A stretch of 64,000 nucleotides of DNA from Candidatus Goldiibacteriota bacterium HGW-Goldbacteria-1 (GCA_002839855.1 PGYV01000009.1:7220-71219); one strand, 5' to 3'; positions 17,975-27,706 are shown, numbered from the stretch's first letter. Translations and numbers: made by a program. The notes: a model not told the origin generated them from the sequence alone.

Positions 17975-17999
17975 GAGACGCAATATATTGCGTCTCTAC
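17975..17999. repeat. 22-bp palindrome family copy 3 (GAGACGCAATATATTGCGTCTC+TAC)
   Basis: Identical to the copies at 7219-7240 and 7338-7361. It lies 3' of the gene at 18041-18418. Confidence 0.8.
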
Positions 18000-18040
18000 T
18001 ATAAAGAACGAATAATAACCGCGGACGGAGTTTATGGCAA

Positions 18041-18418
18041 TTACGGCGTATATGTTTTCTGCCTGACCACGCTTCCATTCCTATAATACTCTGACTTTAT
18101 CAGTTTGCCCTGTTTGTCATAATATTTAAATTCGCCGACGCGTTTGCCTTTTTTTATAACACCTTCGTGTTCTTTCACATTACCCTCGTAGTAAAAAACT
18201 ATCATGCCGTTGGCTGAGCCTTTTTTAACTTCCTGCGTTATCTTTATATCGCCGGATTCGTAATACCAGATAAGTTTGCCGTGCTTAAGCCCTTTGACAA
18301 TGGGTATTTCTGCCAGCAGCTTTCCTGAAGGATAAAATACCTTTTCTATTTTTTCAGGTTTGGCCGTACACGCCGCCATTAACAGCAGCGCTATAAAAAT
18401 TACCGAGATTTTTTTCAT
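18041..18418 (-). CDS. MORN-variant repeat lipoprotein (YwqK-like)
   Basis: A lipobox AACT is present. Repeated YYESG/YYEGN/YYDKQG/YYRNG motifs are present. Confidence 0.55.
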   Translation of the reverse strand: MKKISVIFIALLLMAACTAKPEKIEKVFYPSGKLLAEIPIVKGLKHGKLIWYYESGDIKITQEVKKGSANGMIVFYYEGNVKEHEGVIKKGKRVGEFKYYDKQGKLIKSEYYRNGSVVRQKTYTP

Positions 18419-18630
18419 CAGATTCGTTTCCCGTCCTTATATTTTGCCTTTGTATCAGGTTTTATTTCCTGCTGCTCTTTTTCAAGCACTTCTTTTTCTT
18501 TTTTAATAAGTTCTTCTTTAAAGTTTTTTTTATGCTTTCCTTTGTTGTGCGCGGGCTGGACTGCATTGTGCCTCTGGTCAATGCGCATTGACCTGTCAGT
18601 GTCAATAGGAGTCAGTTTTTCATCGCTCAT
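18418..18630 (-). CDS. small lysine-rich hypothetical protein
   Basis: An RBS AAGGGGG lies 8 nt upstream of the second ATG (MSDEKL...). The stop overlaps the start of the downstream gene. Confidence 0.35.
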   Translation of the reverse strand: MSDEKLTPIDTDRSMRIDQRHNAVQPAHNKGKHKKNFKEELIKKEKEVLEKEQQEIKPDTKAKYKDGKRI

Positions 18631-18653
18631 ACAACACACCCCCTTAAAACAAT

Positions 18654-19490
18654 TTATTTTTTATTAAAGTATTTATTAAGTTTCTCTTTTATAAGCGGAT
18701 AGTCGGATTTTTTTCCTGTCCATATTTTAAAAGATTCCATCCCCTGATAAATTAGCATATCCAGCCCGTTTATTATTTTCGCGCCCATCTTTTCCCCGCG
18801 CGCCAGAAACTCCGTTTTTTCGGGGTTGTAAATAATATCATAAACAACCGCGCCTTTTTTTAACTTTTCAATTTCATACACCACGTGATTGCCGTGCATG
18901 CCGACTGACGTGCAGTTAATTATAAAATCCGCGGAGGCAATAACTTTATCTTTTGCAGCGCTTTTTTTAATATCCCCTATCACGGCTTTTTTTAATCCCA
19001 GTTTCTTAACAAGATTTTTTGTCATTGGAATATCTATGTTATAAATATAAAAGTTGGAAGGTTTCTGTGTCATCAAAGCGTAGCCAATTGCATGCGCCGC
19101 GCCGCCGGCTCCCAGCATTACCGCTTTTTTGCCTTTAAGATTTATCTTTGCTTTTTTCAGAGTGGCAAGAAACCCCAGATAGTCCGTATTGTATCCCGTA
19201 AGCCTGCCATTGACGTTTTTAACGGTATTAACCGCACCTATTCGTTCTGCCGCTGCGTCAATTTCATCCAGCAGAGGCATTACAGCGTGCTTGTGCGGAA
19301 TTGTGACGTTAATACCCTTTATATTTTCTTTTCTTACGCGCTCTATCATGGCGGGTACATTTTCCGGTTCTGTTTCAAACACCCTGTATTCCCAGTTCAT
19401 TTTGTATTTTTTAAACACAGCGTTGTGCATTACAGGTGATAAGGTATGGGAAAGAGGAAACCCGATTATTCCGGTGATTGTTTTTTTCAT
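18654..19490 (-). CDS. aroE: shikimate dehydrogenase
   Basis: The N-terminal GIIGFPLSHTLSP motif is present. The NTDYLGF motif is present. The NADP-binding GAGGAAHA motif is present. Confidence 0.85.
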   Translation of the reverse strand: MKKTITGIIGFPLSHTLSPVMHNAVFKKYKMNWEYRVFETEPENVPAMIERVRKENIKGINVTIPHKHAVMPLLDEIDAAAERIGAVNTVKNVNGRLTGYNTDYLGFLATLKKAKINLKGKKAVMLGAGGAAHAIGYALMTQKPSNFYIYNIDIPMTKNLVKKLGLKKAVIGDIKKSAAKDKVIASADFIINCTSVGMHGNHVVYEIEKLKKGAVVYDIIYNPEKTEFLARGEKMGAKIINGLDMLIYQGMESFKIWTGKKSDYPLIKEKLNKYFNKK

Positions 19491-19510
19491 TATCTGCTCC
19501 TGATTATCTT

Positions 19511-20827
19511 TTATCTTCCTGCAGCTGTCATATCCCCTATTACAATTGTGGGGCTTCCATAATTAAAATAAAATACGCTGTCCTCACATACATCTTTCAC
19601 ATTCATTAACACGTCTTTTATATTGCCTGTTACAAGCATTTCCTTTACCGCCTGCTTTATTTCCCCTTTTTCCAGCAGCCACCCGTTTAAACCAAGCGAA
19701 AAATTACCGGACACAGGGTCAGCGGTATGAAGCCCCATTAAAGAGTTTATTATAAGGCCGCTGCCTTTCATTATTTTATCTTTCCTGGAATCCCCCGGCA
19801 CAATGTAGAAGTTGGACACCCCGCATTCCGGAAGCGTCTTAAAACTGCCGCGTATGCCGTTGCCGCCCGGCGTTTTTTTAAAGAAATCCGCGGATGATAT
19901 GTCATATAAAAATTCCATAAGCCTGCCGTGTTTAATAAGCATTTTATTGGCGCCGGCAGTCCCTTCGCCGTCTGTTCCAAAACTGCCCGCGCGAAAAGTC
20001 AGAAGCGCATCATCATTAATATTAAGTATGGACGAAGCAACCGTGTCGCCTTCTTTATTGGCGCCAAAAAGCGATTTGCCCTTGCGGATATTGGAAGCGT
20101 AAAATAACGGCGCAAGTATCTGCAAAAAATCCACAGCAGCCTGAGGCGGCAGTATAAGGTCGTATCTTCCTGTCTTTAACGCGCCGCCGCCTAAAAGCAT
20201 ATCCGCTTTTTGTGCGGCCTCACGGCCAAGCGCTTCAGCGTTAATATCCTTAAATACACACGAACCTGTCATAACCTCTGACGCTTCCTGAACGGCGCCG
20301 TCTGAAGATATTGCGGAAGTAAAACAGTAAAAATAAGTCTTGTCAGATGAAGAAACAGCGCCCTGCGTGTTCATGTAATGGGAGCTGCTTTTTACGTCTG
20401 TAAGATTTGTATCCCTTACAAACTTAACTTTTTTTCCGTATTTTTTTACCGCCGCTTCAGTTTCAAGCGCCTTGTCCTGCCTTATCTTTGAAGTGATACT
20501 GCTGTAATCAGGGTCAATGGTATCCGGAGGGGTGCATTTGCAGAAAGACGGCATTGTATATGTTTCATATCCTTCTATAAGGGCCGTGTCAGCGGCTTTA
20601 TGAACCGCATTCTTTGCCTCTGCCGCATCTTTAGCCGTGAAATATGAAAAACCCATTTTTCCGTTTTTAAAAACCCTTACAGCACACCCAAAAGAATCTG
20701 ACTGCCTTATCTGGTCAATTTCACCGTCGTTAACCATTGTTTCATTTTTAAGGTTTTCTTCGCAGTAAGCGTCGCCTTTTAACCCAAGCGCGTTTATTTC
20801 TGCAAGTACAGTTTTTAAGATTTCCAC
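19511..20827 (-). CDS. TldD/PmbA family metalloprotease
   Basis: The overall PmbA/TldD pattern is present, including a C-terminal GxC...HxxD-like region. The protein is 438 aa. Confidence 0.8.
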   Translation of the reverse strand: MEILKTVLAEINALGLKGDAYCEENLKNETMVNDGEIDQIRQSDSFGCAVRVFKNGKMGFSYFTAKDAAEAKNAVHKAADTALIEGYETYTMPSFCKCTPPDTIDPDYSSITSKIRQDKALETEAAVKKYGKKVKFVRDTNLTDVKSSSHYMNTQGAVSSSDKTYFYCFTSAISSDGAVQEASEVMTGSCVFKDINAEALGREAAQKADMLLGGGALKTGRYDLILPPQAAVDFLQILAPLFYASNIRKGKSLFGANKEGDTVASSILNINDDALLTFRAGSFGTDGEGTAGANKMLIKHGRLMEFLYDISSADFFKKTPGGNGIRGSFKTLPECGVSNFYIVPGDSRKDKIMKGSGLIINSLMGLHTADPVSGNFSLGLNGWLLEKGEIKQAVKEMLVTGNIKDVLMNVKDVCEDSVFYFNYGSPTIVIGDMTAAGR

Positions 20828-21564
20828 GTGCTTCTCCTTATCGCCTGCACCAGAACAGTTGCCGCCGCAATGGCCGCGGTTTCCGCCCTTAAAATGGTAT
20901 CGCCTATGCTGACCGGTATGAATTCTTTTTTTATCAGGATTTCCGCTTCTGATTCGTCAAAGCCGCCTTCGGGCCCTATTATAAAATATACCTTTTCTTC
21001 AAACCCTTCAAGTTTTACCGCTTCATCTATCAAAAAATTCTTTTCTTCTTTTTCATAAATAAAAAATTTAAGCGAATGTTCAGCAGTTTCAAGCGCGGAT
21101 ACGCTTTCAACAACCGGCAGTAATTTTGGTTTGTTCATTCTGCCGCACTGTTTTACGGCTGTATAAATTATCTTTTCCCACCTGTCATTCTTTTTTTCTT
21201 CATCCTTAATTTTTATTATAGTGCGGTTTGTTATTACGGGTATTATTTCATCCACGCCAAGTTCGGTTAATTTTTCAAGCATAAGTTCCATCTTATCTTT
21301 TTTAATAAGCGAAATTATGGCGCATATCTGCGCTGTGCTTTTCTTTCTGTCCCGTATTTTATTTAAGACTTTAATCCTTATTACCCCGTCGTGCCTGTCT
21401 ATTTCTTTTATTTCCGCTTCATATTCGCCGTGTTCATAGTTGAACACATTAACTTTCTCGCCCGGTTCCATCCGCAGCACGGTTACGGCGTGGTTGTAAT
21501 CATTTCCTGTTATTTCCGCGCTTTCTTGTGATATCTTATTTACAAAAAACCTGTGGCGTGCCAT
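20815..21564 (-). CDS. rsmE: 16S rRNA (uracil1498-N3)-methyltransferase RsmE
   Basis: The C-terminal SPOUT motif is present (GPEGGFDESE...LRAETAAIAA). The probable start is MARHRFFV, and the track ORF begins 16 codons earlier. Confidence 0.8.
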   Translation of the reverse strand: MARHRFFVNKISQESAEITGNDYNHAVTVLRMEPGEKVNVFNYEHGEYEAEIKEIDRHDGVIRIKVLNKIRDRKKSTAQICAIISLIKKDKMELMLEKLTELGVDEIIPVITNRTIIKIKDEEKKNDRWEKIIYTAVKQCGRMNKPKLLPVVESVSALETAEHSLKFFIYEKEEKNFLIDEAVKLEGFEEKVYFIIGPEGGFDESEAEILIKKEFIPVSIGDTILRAETAAIAAATVLVQAIRRSTWKS

Positions 21565-21601
21565 AAAACTCCTTATGCAGACAATCTTCCTTTTTTTCCA
21601 G

Positions 21602-22483
21602 TTACGGTTCAAATACCTTTATGCTTGCCGCGTTTTCAACATAAACAAAAGTGTTGTTTACATCTATTAAAGACGGTTTTATAACTTTACCGTTTCCTTC
21701 GCCGTAATCCGCCCACGTCTTTAATTTATTTCCGTTTGAACAGCTGTATTCCATTATCCCAGCTTCACAAGGCACATACAAAATTCCGTCTTTAACGTCT
21801 ATTCCTTTTATATCCGTACCGGGCTCTATTTTTCTTAAAAAACCGCCGCTTAGATTTAAAAACGATATCCTGTCAAGCTCTGAATCCGCGACTACTATTT
21901 CATTATTATAAAAACACATATCAGAAATTTCCATAAACTGCCCGTCAGCCGTCCCCGCGGAGCCAATAATAATATTTGTGGAATTCAGTTTGTTTAAAAT
22001 TATATCTTTATTGTACTTTTCAATATACGTCTCATAGGCTATATAAATAAAGCTGTCATCCACAATTACTTTATGGGCGTTAGCGGTAAGATTCACCGCA
22101 AAATCAGATAAAATACCCGATGTTGATATAACTGTTAAAGTATTTCCATCCGGCGCGCCCCACGCGTCAAGCACATAAATATATGAATTATTCAGATGTA
22201 CACTTTTGGGCGCTTTAAAAACATCCGGTTCTGTTTCCCATTTTTCATCGCCGTTTTTATCAAAACAATAAAGAAGCGCGGCGGTTTCATCAACAATAAA
22301 AATATCATTGCCATAAGCGTCAAAATCCGTCACTTCAGATAAATTGCCTATGCTTCCGGTATAGTGCATTCCGGCATAATTGGATGCTGCAGGGTCGGTG
22401 GGGTTAACACGTTTCATGTCCTTGCAGGATATTATAAATATAACTGCAATAACCATTACAATAATTTTTTTCATATTTACCAC
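21602..22483 (-). CDS. beta-propeller (NHL-like) lipoprotein, paralog A
   Basis: A lipobox IISCKD is present. It shares N- and C-terminal motifs with 23300-24166 (NP.DP..Y.G..Y.G ... W.DYGEG.G). Confidence 0.5.
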   Translation of the reverse strand: MVNMKKIIVMVIAVIFIISCKDMKRVNPTDPAASNYAGMHYTGSIGNLSEVTDFDAYGNDIFIVDETAALLYCFDKNGDEKWETEPDVFKAPKSVHLNNSYIYVLDAWGAPDGNTLTVISTSGILSDFAVNLTANAHKVIVDDSFIYIAYETYIEKYNKDIILNKLNSTNIIIGSAGTADGQFMEISDMCFYNNEIVVADSELDRISFLNLSGGFLRKIEPGTDIKGIDVKDGILYVPCEAGIMEYSCSNGNKLKTWADYGEGNGKVIKPSLIDVNNTFVYVENAASIKVFEP

Positions 22484-23292
22484 CTTATTTCCGCGGACGC
22501 CATAACCGCGCCGCTTTCATTTATATACACAACACCTCTGGCTTCGGGGCTGTTATAACTTAACCCCGCGTCCACAATGCCGGCGGCATAAAGCCCGCCC
22601 GCTACCAGCCCGAAAATAAGCGCGCTTGTCGCGGCTTCTTCCGCTTTTTTAAAAGCCGCTTCCTGGTTTTCATTTGTCTTTAAATACTTGTCATATTTTG
22701 TATGCTGGTCTGCCACATTGTAAATTGTAAGGGCTGTACTAAGGGCAAATGACGCGCCCACTAATACCCCTTTTAAATGCTGCCCATTATGCATCTGCCC
22801 GAACCCAGGCAGCACGGCTGAACGCCAGATAGAATCTATGGGTTCCCTTGGCTGCGTGGCTTTCTGCTTTTTTTCTATAAAAGAATTATAATATTCCATA
22901 AAATCTTTGGCATCTTTATCTTCGGGGTCAAGTTCCATCACTTTTCTGAAAAGCGGAAGCGCGTATTTATGCTGTTTCATCTGATAGTAGCAGAATCCCG
23001 TATTTTTCCACCCTTCTTTAAACGTGGGGTCTATTTTAACCGACGCGTAAAAAAACCTTGCAGCATTTTTATAATCTTTTGCCTTAAACAGAGCTTCTCC
23101 CTTTTTAAAATACAACATTGCCTTGTCGCGCACAGGGTTTTTCATTTTTTCGGATTCAGTTTGCACCTGCTGAAGAAATACAGACATGGCTTCATCTTCG
23201 CTCTGTGCTTTTTCTGTTTCTTCATAAAAAGCAGATGCCGCAGATGAAACGATTAAACAAATTATTATCATGAACAAAATACTTTTTTTCAT
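22477..23292 (-). CDS. TPR-repeat protein with conserved C-terminal WRSAV.PG.GQ domain, paralog A
   Basis: A signal peptide is present. TPR-like helices are present. The C-terminal motif is shared with 24168-24920. Confidence 0.55.
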   Translation of the reverse strand: MKKSILFMIIICLIVSSAASAFYEETEKAQSEDEAMSVFLQQVQTESEKMKNPVRDKAMLYFKKGEALFKAKDYKNAARFFYASVKIDPTFKEGWKNTGFCYYQMKQHKYALPLFRKVMELDPEDKDAKDFMEYYNSFIEKKQKATQPREPIDSIWRSAVLPGFGQMHNGQHLKGVLVGASFALSTALTIYNVADQHTKYDKYLKTNENQEAAFKKAEEAATSALIFGLVAGGLYAAGIVDAGLSYNSPEARGVVYINESGAVMASAEIRW

Positions 23293-23299
23293 CTTATTT

Positions 23300-24166
23300 T
23301 TACTCCCCGAATTTCTTTATAGTTGAACCGTCCTGGATATATATTAACCCGTCAGCGGCATTATAGGCAATACTTTTTCCGTTTAAAACCCTGCCCGGCC
23401 CTTCGCCAAAATCCCCCCACTTAAGCAAAACTTCAAGCGCGCCGTCTGTTTTGTAAACCGCGCTTTCCGACAATATTTGCAGCGCGCCTTCCTGAATACA
23501 TGCATCTATAATATTGGCGGTAAAATCAATTACCTGCGGATTGCTTAAATTCTGGTCGTATTTAATTACCTGTTTTTTATTAAGTTTGTTTACCACATAT
23601 ACGGAAGTGTTGAACTTAAAAATCTCCCCCGGAGTAAAGTAACCCTGCGCGGTCACGCTTACAGGTACAGTTAACTGCGCGCCGCCGGTGTCAGAAATAC
23701 GGTATATTTCATTGTCATATTCGTTGGAAATGTATAAATTGCCGTTCATCCATTCTATATATAAGCTGTCAATTCCCGAAGAAGCGGTAAAGGCAAGCGG
23801 GGTTATCGTATTAAACATATCATTCTGAATTTTCTGCACGTTTTCGGACCTGTCAACGCCATAAATATTTCCGCTGTCATCCGCGCATATATCAGAAATT
23901 CCGCTAAACAAACCAAGCGGCGTACCTGATGCCGTTTTTACAACGCAGCCGCCGTAATTTTCTTTTGTCACAGCGTAAGCAATATAGCCGCCGGCGTAAG
24001 CAATTGATTCTATCTGAAAATCTGCAGGATAAAGTTCTTCCCCTTTATAGGTAATTCCCCTGTAGTCTGCCGAAGACGGATCACACGGATTTTTCCGTGA
24101 AAGTTCGCTGCATCCGGAAAAAACAGCTGTTAAAATCAGTATGAAAAGAAGGTTAAATTTACGCAT
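23300..24166 (-). CDS. beta-propeller (NHL-like) lipoprotein, paralog B
   Basis: A lipobox FSGCSE is present. It is paralogous to 21602-22483. Confidence 0.5.
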   Translation of the reverse strand: MRKFNLLFILILTAVFSGCSELSRKNPCDPSSADYRGITYKGEELYPADFQIESIAYAGGYIAYAVTKENYGGCVVKTASGTPLGLFSGISDICADDSGNIYGVDRSENVQKIQNDMFNTITPLAFTASSGIDSLYIEWMNGNLYISNEYDNEIYRISDTGGAQLTVPVSVTAQGYFTPGEIFKFNTSVYVVNKLNKKQVIKYDQNLSNPQVIDFTANIIDACIQEGALQILSESAVYKTDGALEVLLKWGDFGEGPGRVLNGKSIAYNAADGLIYIQDGSTIKKFGE

Positions 24167-24167
24167 A

Positions 24168-24920
24168 TTAATACCTGTAGTTTATGATATTAAAGGCAAG
24201 CATATCGCCTTTTATTTCTATCATAGAATTCATTTTGTTCATATCCACACCGATTTTATCATACTCCGCGCCTGTCATGAAGCCGTCCACTATGGAAATA
24301 AGCCACACGGTTCCAAGCATGGCAAGCGGTATGATTACGCGGCTGTTAGCATCCTGCGCGGCCTTATATTTTAAATCAAAATCAGTATTGGCGTTGTAAT
24401 AAGCGTCCACAGCCTGCTGCTGATCAATTGTATATTTAATTACCGCAGCGGTGCTGGCAAGAAATGAGAGCGAGTATATGTACCCTTTTACAAGCTCGTC
24501 ATTGTAAAACTGCCCAAGGCCCGGAAACACCGCGGAGCGCCACATAATATCGCCTTTTAATTTCTTCTGCTTTTTTCCTGCTGCGGCTGTTTTGGAAGGC
24601 TCATTTATTTTGGGGTTTATCATATCCAGATATTTTTCAGCAGTTTTTTCGCCGGGTTTTATCATAAGCACGTATTTGAAAATAAGCTTGGCATTACGGT
24701 ACTTTTTCATGTTGTAATAGCACATTCCAAGCCCAAGCCACGCCTGCCACATTTTTTTATCTTTCTTGACTGCAGCATTATAATATTGAAGGGCCTTATT
24801 AAGGTCATTCTGCTTATGGTAGGTTATGGCATATTTGTAATATTTGACAGCCAGACTGTCAGCGGCAAAAACATTTGTGATAAAAACAGTAAGTAATACC
24901 GTTATTACAAGCCTTTTCAA
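24168..24920 (-). CDS. TPR-repeat protein with C-terminal WRSAV.PG.GQ domain, paralog B
   Basis: Paralogous to 22477-23292. Confidence 0.55.
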   Translation of the reverse strand: MKRLVITVLLTVFITNVFAADSLAVKYYKYAITYHKQNDLNKALQYYNAAVKKDKKMWQAWLGLGMCYYNMKKYRNAKLIFKYVLMIKPGEKTAEKYLDMINPKINEPSKTAAAGKKQKKLKGDIMWRSAVFPGLGQFYNDELVKGYIYSLSFLASTAAVIKYTIDQQQAVDAYYNANTDFDLKYKAAQDANSRVIIPLAMLGTVWLISIVDGFMTGAEYDKIGVDMNKMNSMIEIKGDMLAFNIINYRY

Positions 24921-25038
24921 CTCTTTGCCACCCCGTGATATTTTGTCGGTTATCTTAAATTTACCAAAAAATCTGGCAAAATGAAAGGTATATTTGGGTT
25001 TTTCAATACGGGACAGGTGTATTAAAAGTACCCGCCAA

Positions 25039-26619
25039 TTATAAAATTTTATATATAATTAATTCATTTTCTTTGCCTTCATTAAAAATTTTAACTGATA
25101 TAAATCCGTATTTTTCCGCTTCTTTTGGTGACATTAAAAATTTAAGGTTATTTCTTAATTGAAACATAAATCTTTTATCCGCAATTATATAATCCACTTC
25201 ATTTTCAGCAAAAAATCTTTTAATATCAGGTATCTTCGTATCAACAGATGGAAGTTTAACTTGCCAGGCATCGCAATAATAAATTACAAAACTTTTGCGT
25301 GAACTGATTCTTAAAGAAGCAGGCAAAATATGATTTTCTTTAAGCCATAAACCTGCATCTCTATGTTCAACAGGGTAGTTGTCTTTTATATAATCATAAT
25401 TAAAATGACTGGCCGTCAGCTTTATATTAAACAGCAGAAAAACCGGTATAACCAGCAATAACAATACAGCAGTTATATCAGTTGTTCTGGAATTTGAATT
25501 AAATAACGACATAATTAAACAAATCACCAAAAAAGAATAAGAATATAAATATCTTTCCTCCGCGTGAAAAATAAAATATACAAAAATTAACAGCAGAAAT
25601 ATGACTGTTGTTGCTAAAAAACGAATATTGATTTTCGGCTTTTCTTTAGTTAGCTTCGTCAAAATTAACAACAGTAAAATAATAATAAAAATATAACCTG
25701 CGCCGTTTTCTTTTAATAGAAAATTCAGCGTTCTGGCGCCGTGATATGAAACAATTTTAACAACCATAAAAGGATCCGAAATTATGTCAGAAAATAAAGT
25801 TGATTTATTTTTTTCTGTTTCTTCCCACGAATACTTATCAGAAACAAAAGATTTTGATTGCGAATAAACCAGATTGGATTTACCGGATATTTTAAACTCA
25901 CCCGTTTTAGATTTTATAAACATAATATATGGAGAAACAGTAATTAATACAAAAACAACAAGTAAAAAAGCATGTAATATTTTCTTTTTTAAAGACGATT
26001 GTTTTAAAAAAATAATTATAACAATGTATAACAGCAGCAGAAAGACAGCTTCCGGCCTTGCAAAATATAATAAACCTATTAAAAAACCTGAAAGTATAGT
26101 TTCATTAAAACCAAGAGATGTATTCTTTAATGATAATAAAAATAAAAGACATAATAAAAATGAAAACACAGCTTCACCAAGGGCGCTGCCCGATAAGAAA
26201 AATAAATGAGGATGAAACAGTAAAACCGATGACGAAGCAAATAGCACAAAAATATTTACTTTATCTTTTAGACTGACAAAAAGCAACAATGGGATAAGCG
26301 TTGTAACAACGCTGTTAAAAATTTTCGCCCATAAGAATACATCATTTGTAATCAGCGATATAAATCCAAGTATTGCGGGATAAAGAGGGCTTCTTAATAA
26401 ATTAAAACCTGTTCCGGTTTTAGGCGATTCGTAACCATACCCATGTAAAAGATTATAACCAAGCTCTTCCATTGCGATGTAGTCTGTAGGAGGAATTGGA
26501 ATATTAAAAACATATAACATTTTGTTAAAAAAAGATATCCCAAGTAAACTGAAAAAAATCCAATTTAAAGTTTTTACAGAGTAATTAACAGGCTCCATAA
26601 ACTTAAAAAGCTTCAACAT
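25039..26619 (-). CDS. large polytopic membrane protein, possible GT-C-type glycosyltransferase/polymerase
   Basis: It has more than 10 predicted TM helices in the N-terminal two thirds and a soluble C-terminal domain. It lies in the glycan locus. Confidence 0.4.
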   Translation of the reverse strand: MLKLFKFMEPVNYSVKTLNWIFFSLLGISFFNKMLYVFNIPIPPTDYIAMEELGYNLLHGYGYESPKTGTGFNLLRSPLYPAILGFISLITNDVFLWAKIFNSVVTTLIPLLLFVSLKDKVNIFVLFASSSVLLFHPHLFFLSGSALGEAVFSFLLCLLFLLSLKNTSLGFNETILSGFLIGLLYFARPEAVFLLLLYIVIIIFLKQSSLKKKILHAFLLVVFVLITVSPYIMFIKSKTGEFKISGKSNLVYSQSKSFVSDKYSWEETEKNKSTLFSDIISDPFMVVKIVSYHGARTLNFLLKENGAGYIFIIILLLLILTKLTKEKPKINIRFLATTVIFLLLIFVYFIFHAEERYLYSYSFLVICLIMSLFNSNSRTTDITAVLLLLVIPVFLLFNIKLTASHFNYDYIKDNYPVEHRDAGLWLKENHILPASLRISSRKSFVIYYCDAWQVKLPSVDTKIPDIKRFFAENEVDYIIADKRFMFQLRNNLKFLMSPKEAEKYGFISVKIFNEGKENELIIYKIL

Positions 26620-26854
26620 TCCCCCTTTTTACCCCAAAAATAGGCGCTATTTTCCATGCCGCCAGGAAAAAATTCACCATTAAAAGTTTTATCAAATATT
26701 TCGCCAAGGTTAACCCGGTCAAGGTTGTCATGAATAAGCACAACAGAATCTTTTCCCTTAATAATGTATCTTGTGAAAAAATTAAAAATGCCGCGGCTGT
26801 AAACAGTAACAATAGTTTTTTTGACGAAAGGTTAATAACGAATCCCCCCTGCAT
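26603..26854 (-). CDS. small membrane protein (possibly a split N-terminus of the downstream polytopic protein)
   Basis: It has two hydrophobic helices. It overlaps the next ORF by 17 nt in another frame. Confidence 0.25.
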   Translation of the reverse strand: MQGGFVINLSSKKLLLLFTAAAFLIFSQDTLLREKILLCLFMTTLTGLTLAKYLIKLLMVNFFLAAWKIAPIFGVKRGNVEAF

Positions 26855-26866
26855 ACTTTAATTATT

Positions 26867-27706
26867 TTATTCTCCGGTGTCTTTTCTGAAAGAAGCGATA
26901 ATGAATCCGGAAGTTATTGCAAAATCAATCATTATTTTAAAAAATAAAAATAACGGGCTTTTGAATTTCAATGATTTATATAATCCTATGGGAATTGACC
27001 TGAATATTGAATATTTTAAAAGCAATTTTATAACCGCGGCAGCGTTTTTTACGTGGTGTATTCTTCCTTTGCCGTATTTTTTTGCGTCATTATATGCCCT
27101 TTCAAGGGTATCGGGATTATAATGAAAAGCCACCGAATCCTTAACAATAAATGCCTTACGCCCCACCCTGTCCGCAATGACATCCTGTCCCTGAGCCCTT
27201 TCAACATGATTTCCGCCGCAATTTATAAATACATCTTTCTTAATGGCTCTGAATACGTCATAATACTCCGCATCAGCGCCTATCGGAAAAGCCTTTCTGT
27301 CAAAAGGTTCATTATGGGCTATGCTCCACAGCCTTGAAACTTTATTTTCAGGATTCGCAACCTTTTCAATCCCTATAAATGTACCCGCTTCTTTCCCGTC
27401 CAAAATAGGTTTAACCAGTTTCTCAATTGTATCTTCCTGCAAAAACATATCTCCGTCAATAAATACCAGTATCTGCCCCTTTGCTTCTTTGGCTCCCCAA
27501 TTTCTTGCCGTACCCGCCCCCTTATGTTCCTGGCGAAGAATTACAACATCTTCCTTTTTAAGGATTTCAAGGGTACTGTCTTTTGAACCGTCATCAATAA
27601 CAATAATTTCAATACCATGCGGATATGTCTGGTTTTTTATTGAATCAATACATTTTTTAATGTATTTTTCTTCATTATATACGGGAATAATCACGGAAAC
27701 CTGCAT
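26867..27706 (-). CDS. glycosyltransferase family 2
   Basis: GT2 hallmark N-terminus VSVIIPVYNEEKYI...DDGSKD. Confidence 0.8.
   Translation of the reverse strand: MQVSVIIPVYNEEKYIKKCIDSIKNQTYPHGIEIIVIDDGSKDSTLEILKKEDVVILRQEHKGAGTARNWGAKEAKGQILVFIDGDMFLQEDTIEKLVKPILDGKEAGTFIGIEKVANPENKVSRLWSIAHNEPFDRKAFPIGADAEYYDVFRAIKKDVFINCGGNHVERAQGQDVIADRVGRKAFIVKDSVAFHYNPDTLERAYNDAKKYGKGRIHHVKNAAAVIKLLLKYSIFRSIPIGLYKSLKFKSPLFLFFKIMIDFAITSGFIIASFRKDTGE

Noticed and set aside
7044-18000. Genomic island integrated at tRNA-Met, bounded by the 22-bp palindrome copies at 7.2 and 18.0 kb
   Set aside because: No integrase is present and no direct repeat of the tRNA 3' end was found. The interval contains core genes (recA, lexA). 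The palindromes are better explained as terminator-like dispersed repeats.
26603-26854. Frameshifted pseudogene interpretation of the 83-aa ORF + 526-aa membrane protein
   Set aside because: This is possible but not demonstrable. The N-terminus of the 526-aa protein already begins with a plausible TM segment. No diagnostic GT-C motif spans the junction. It is kept as a separate low-confidence small membrane CDS.
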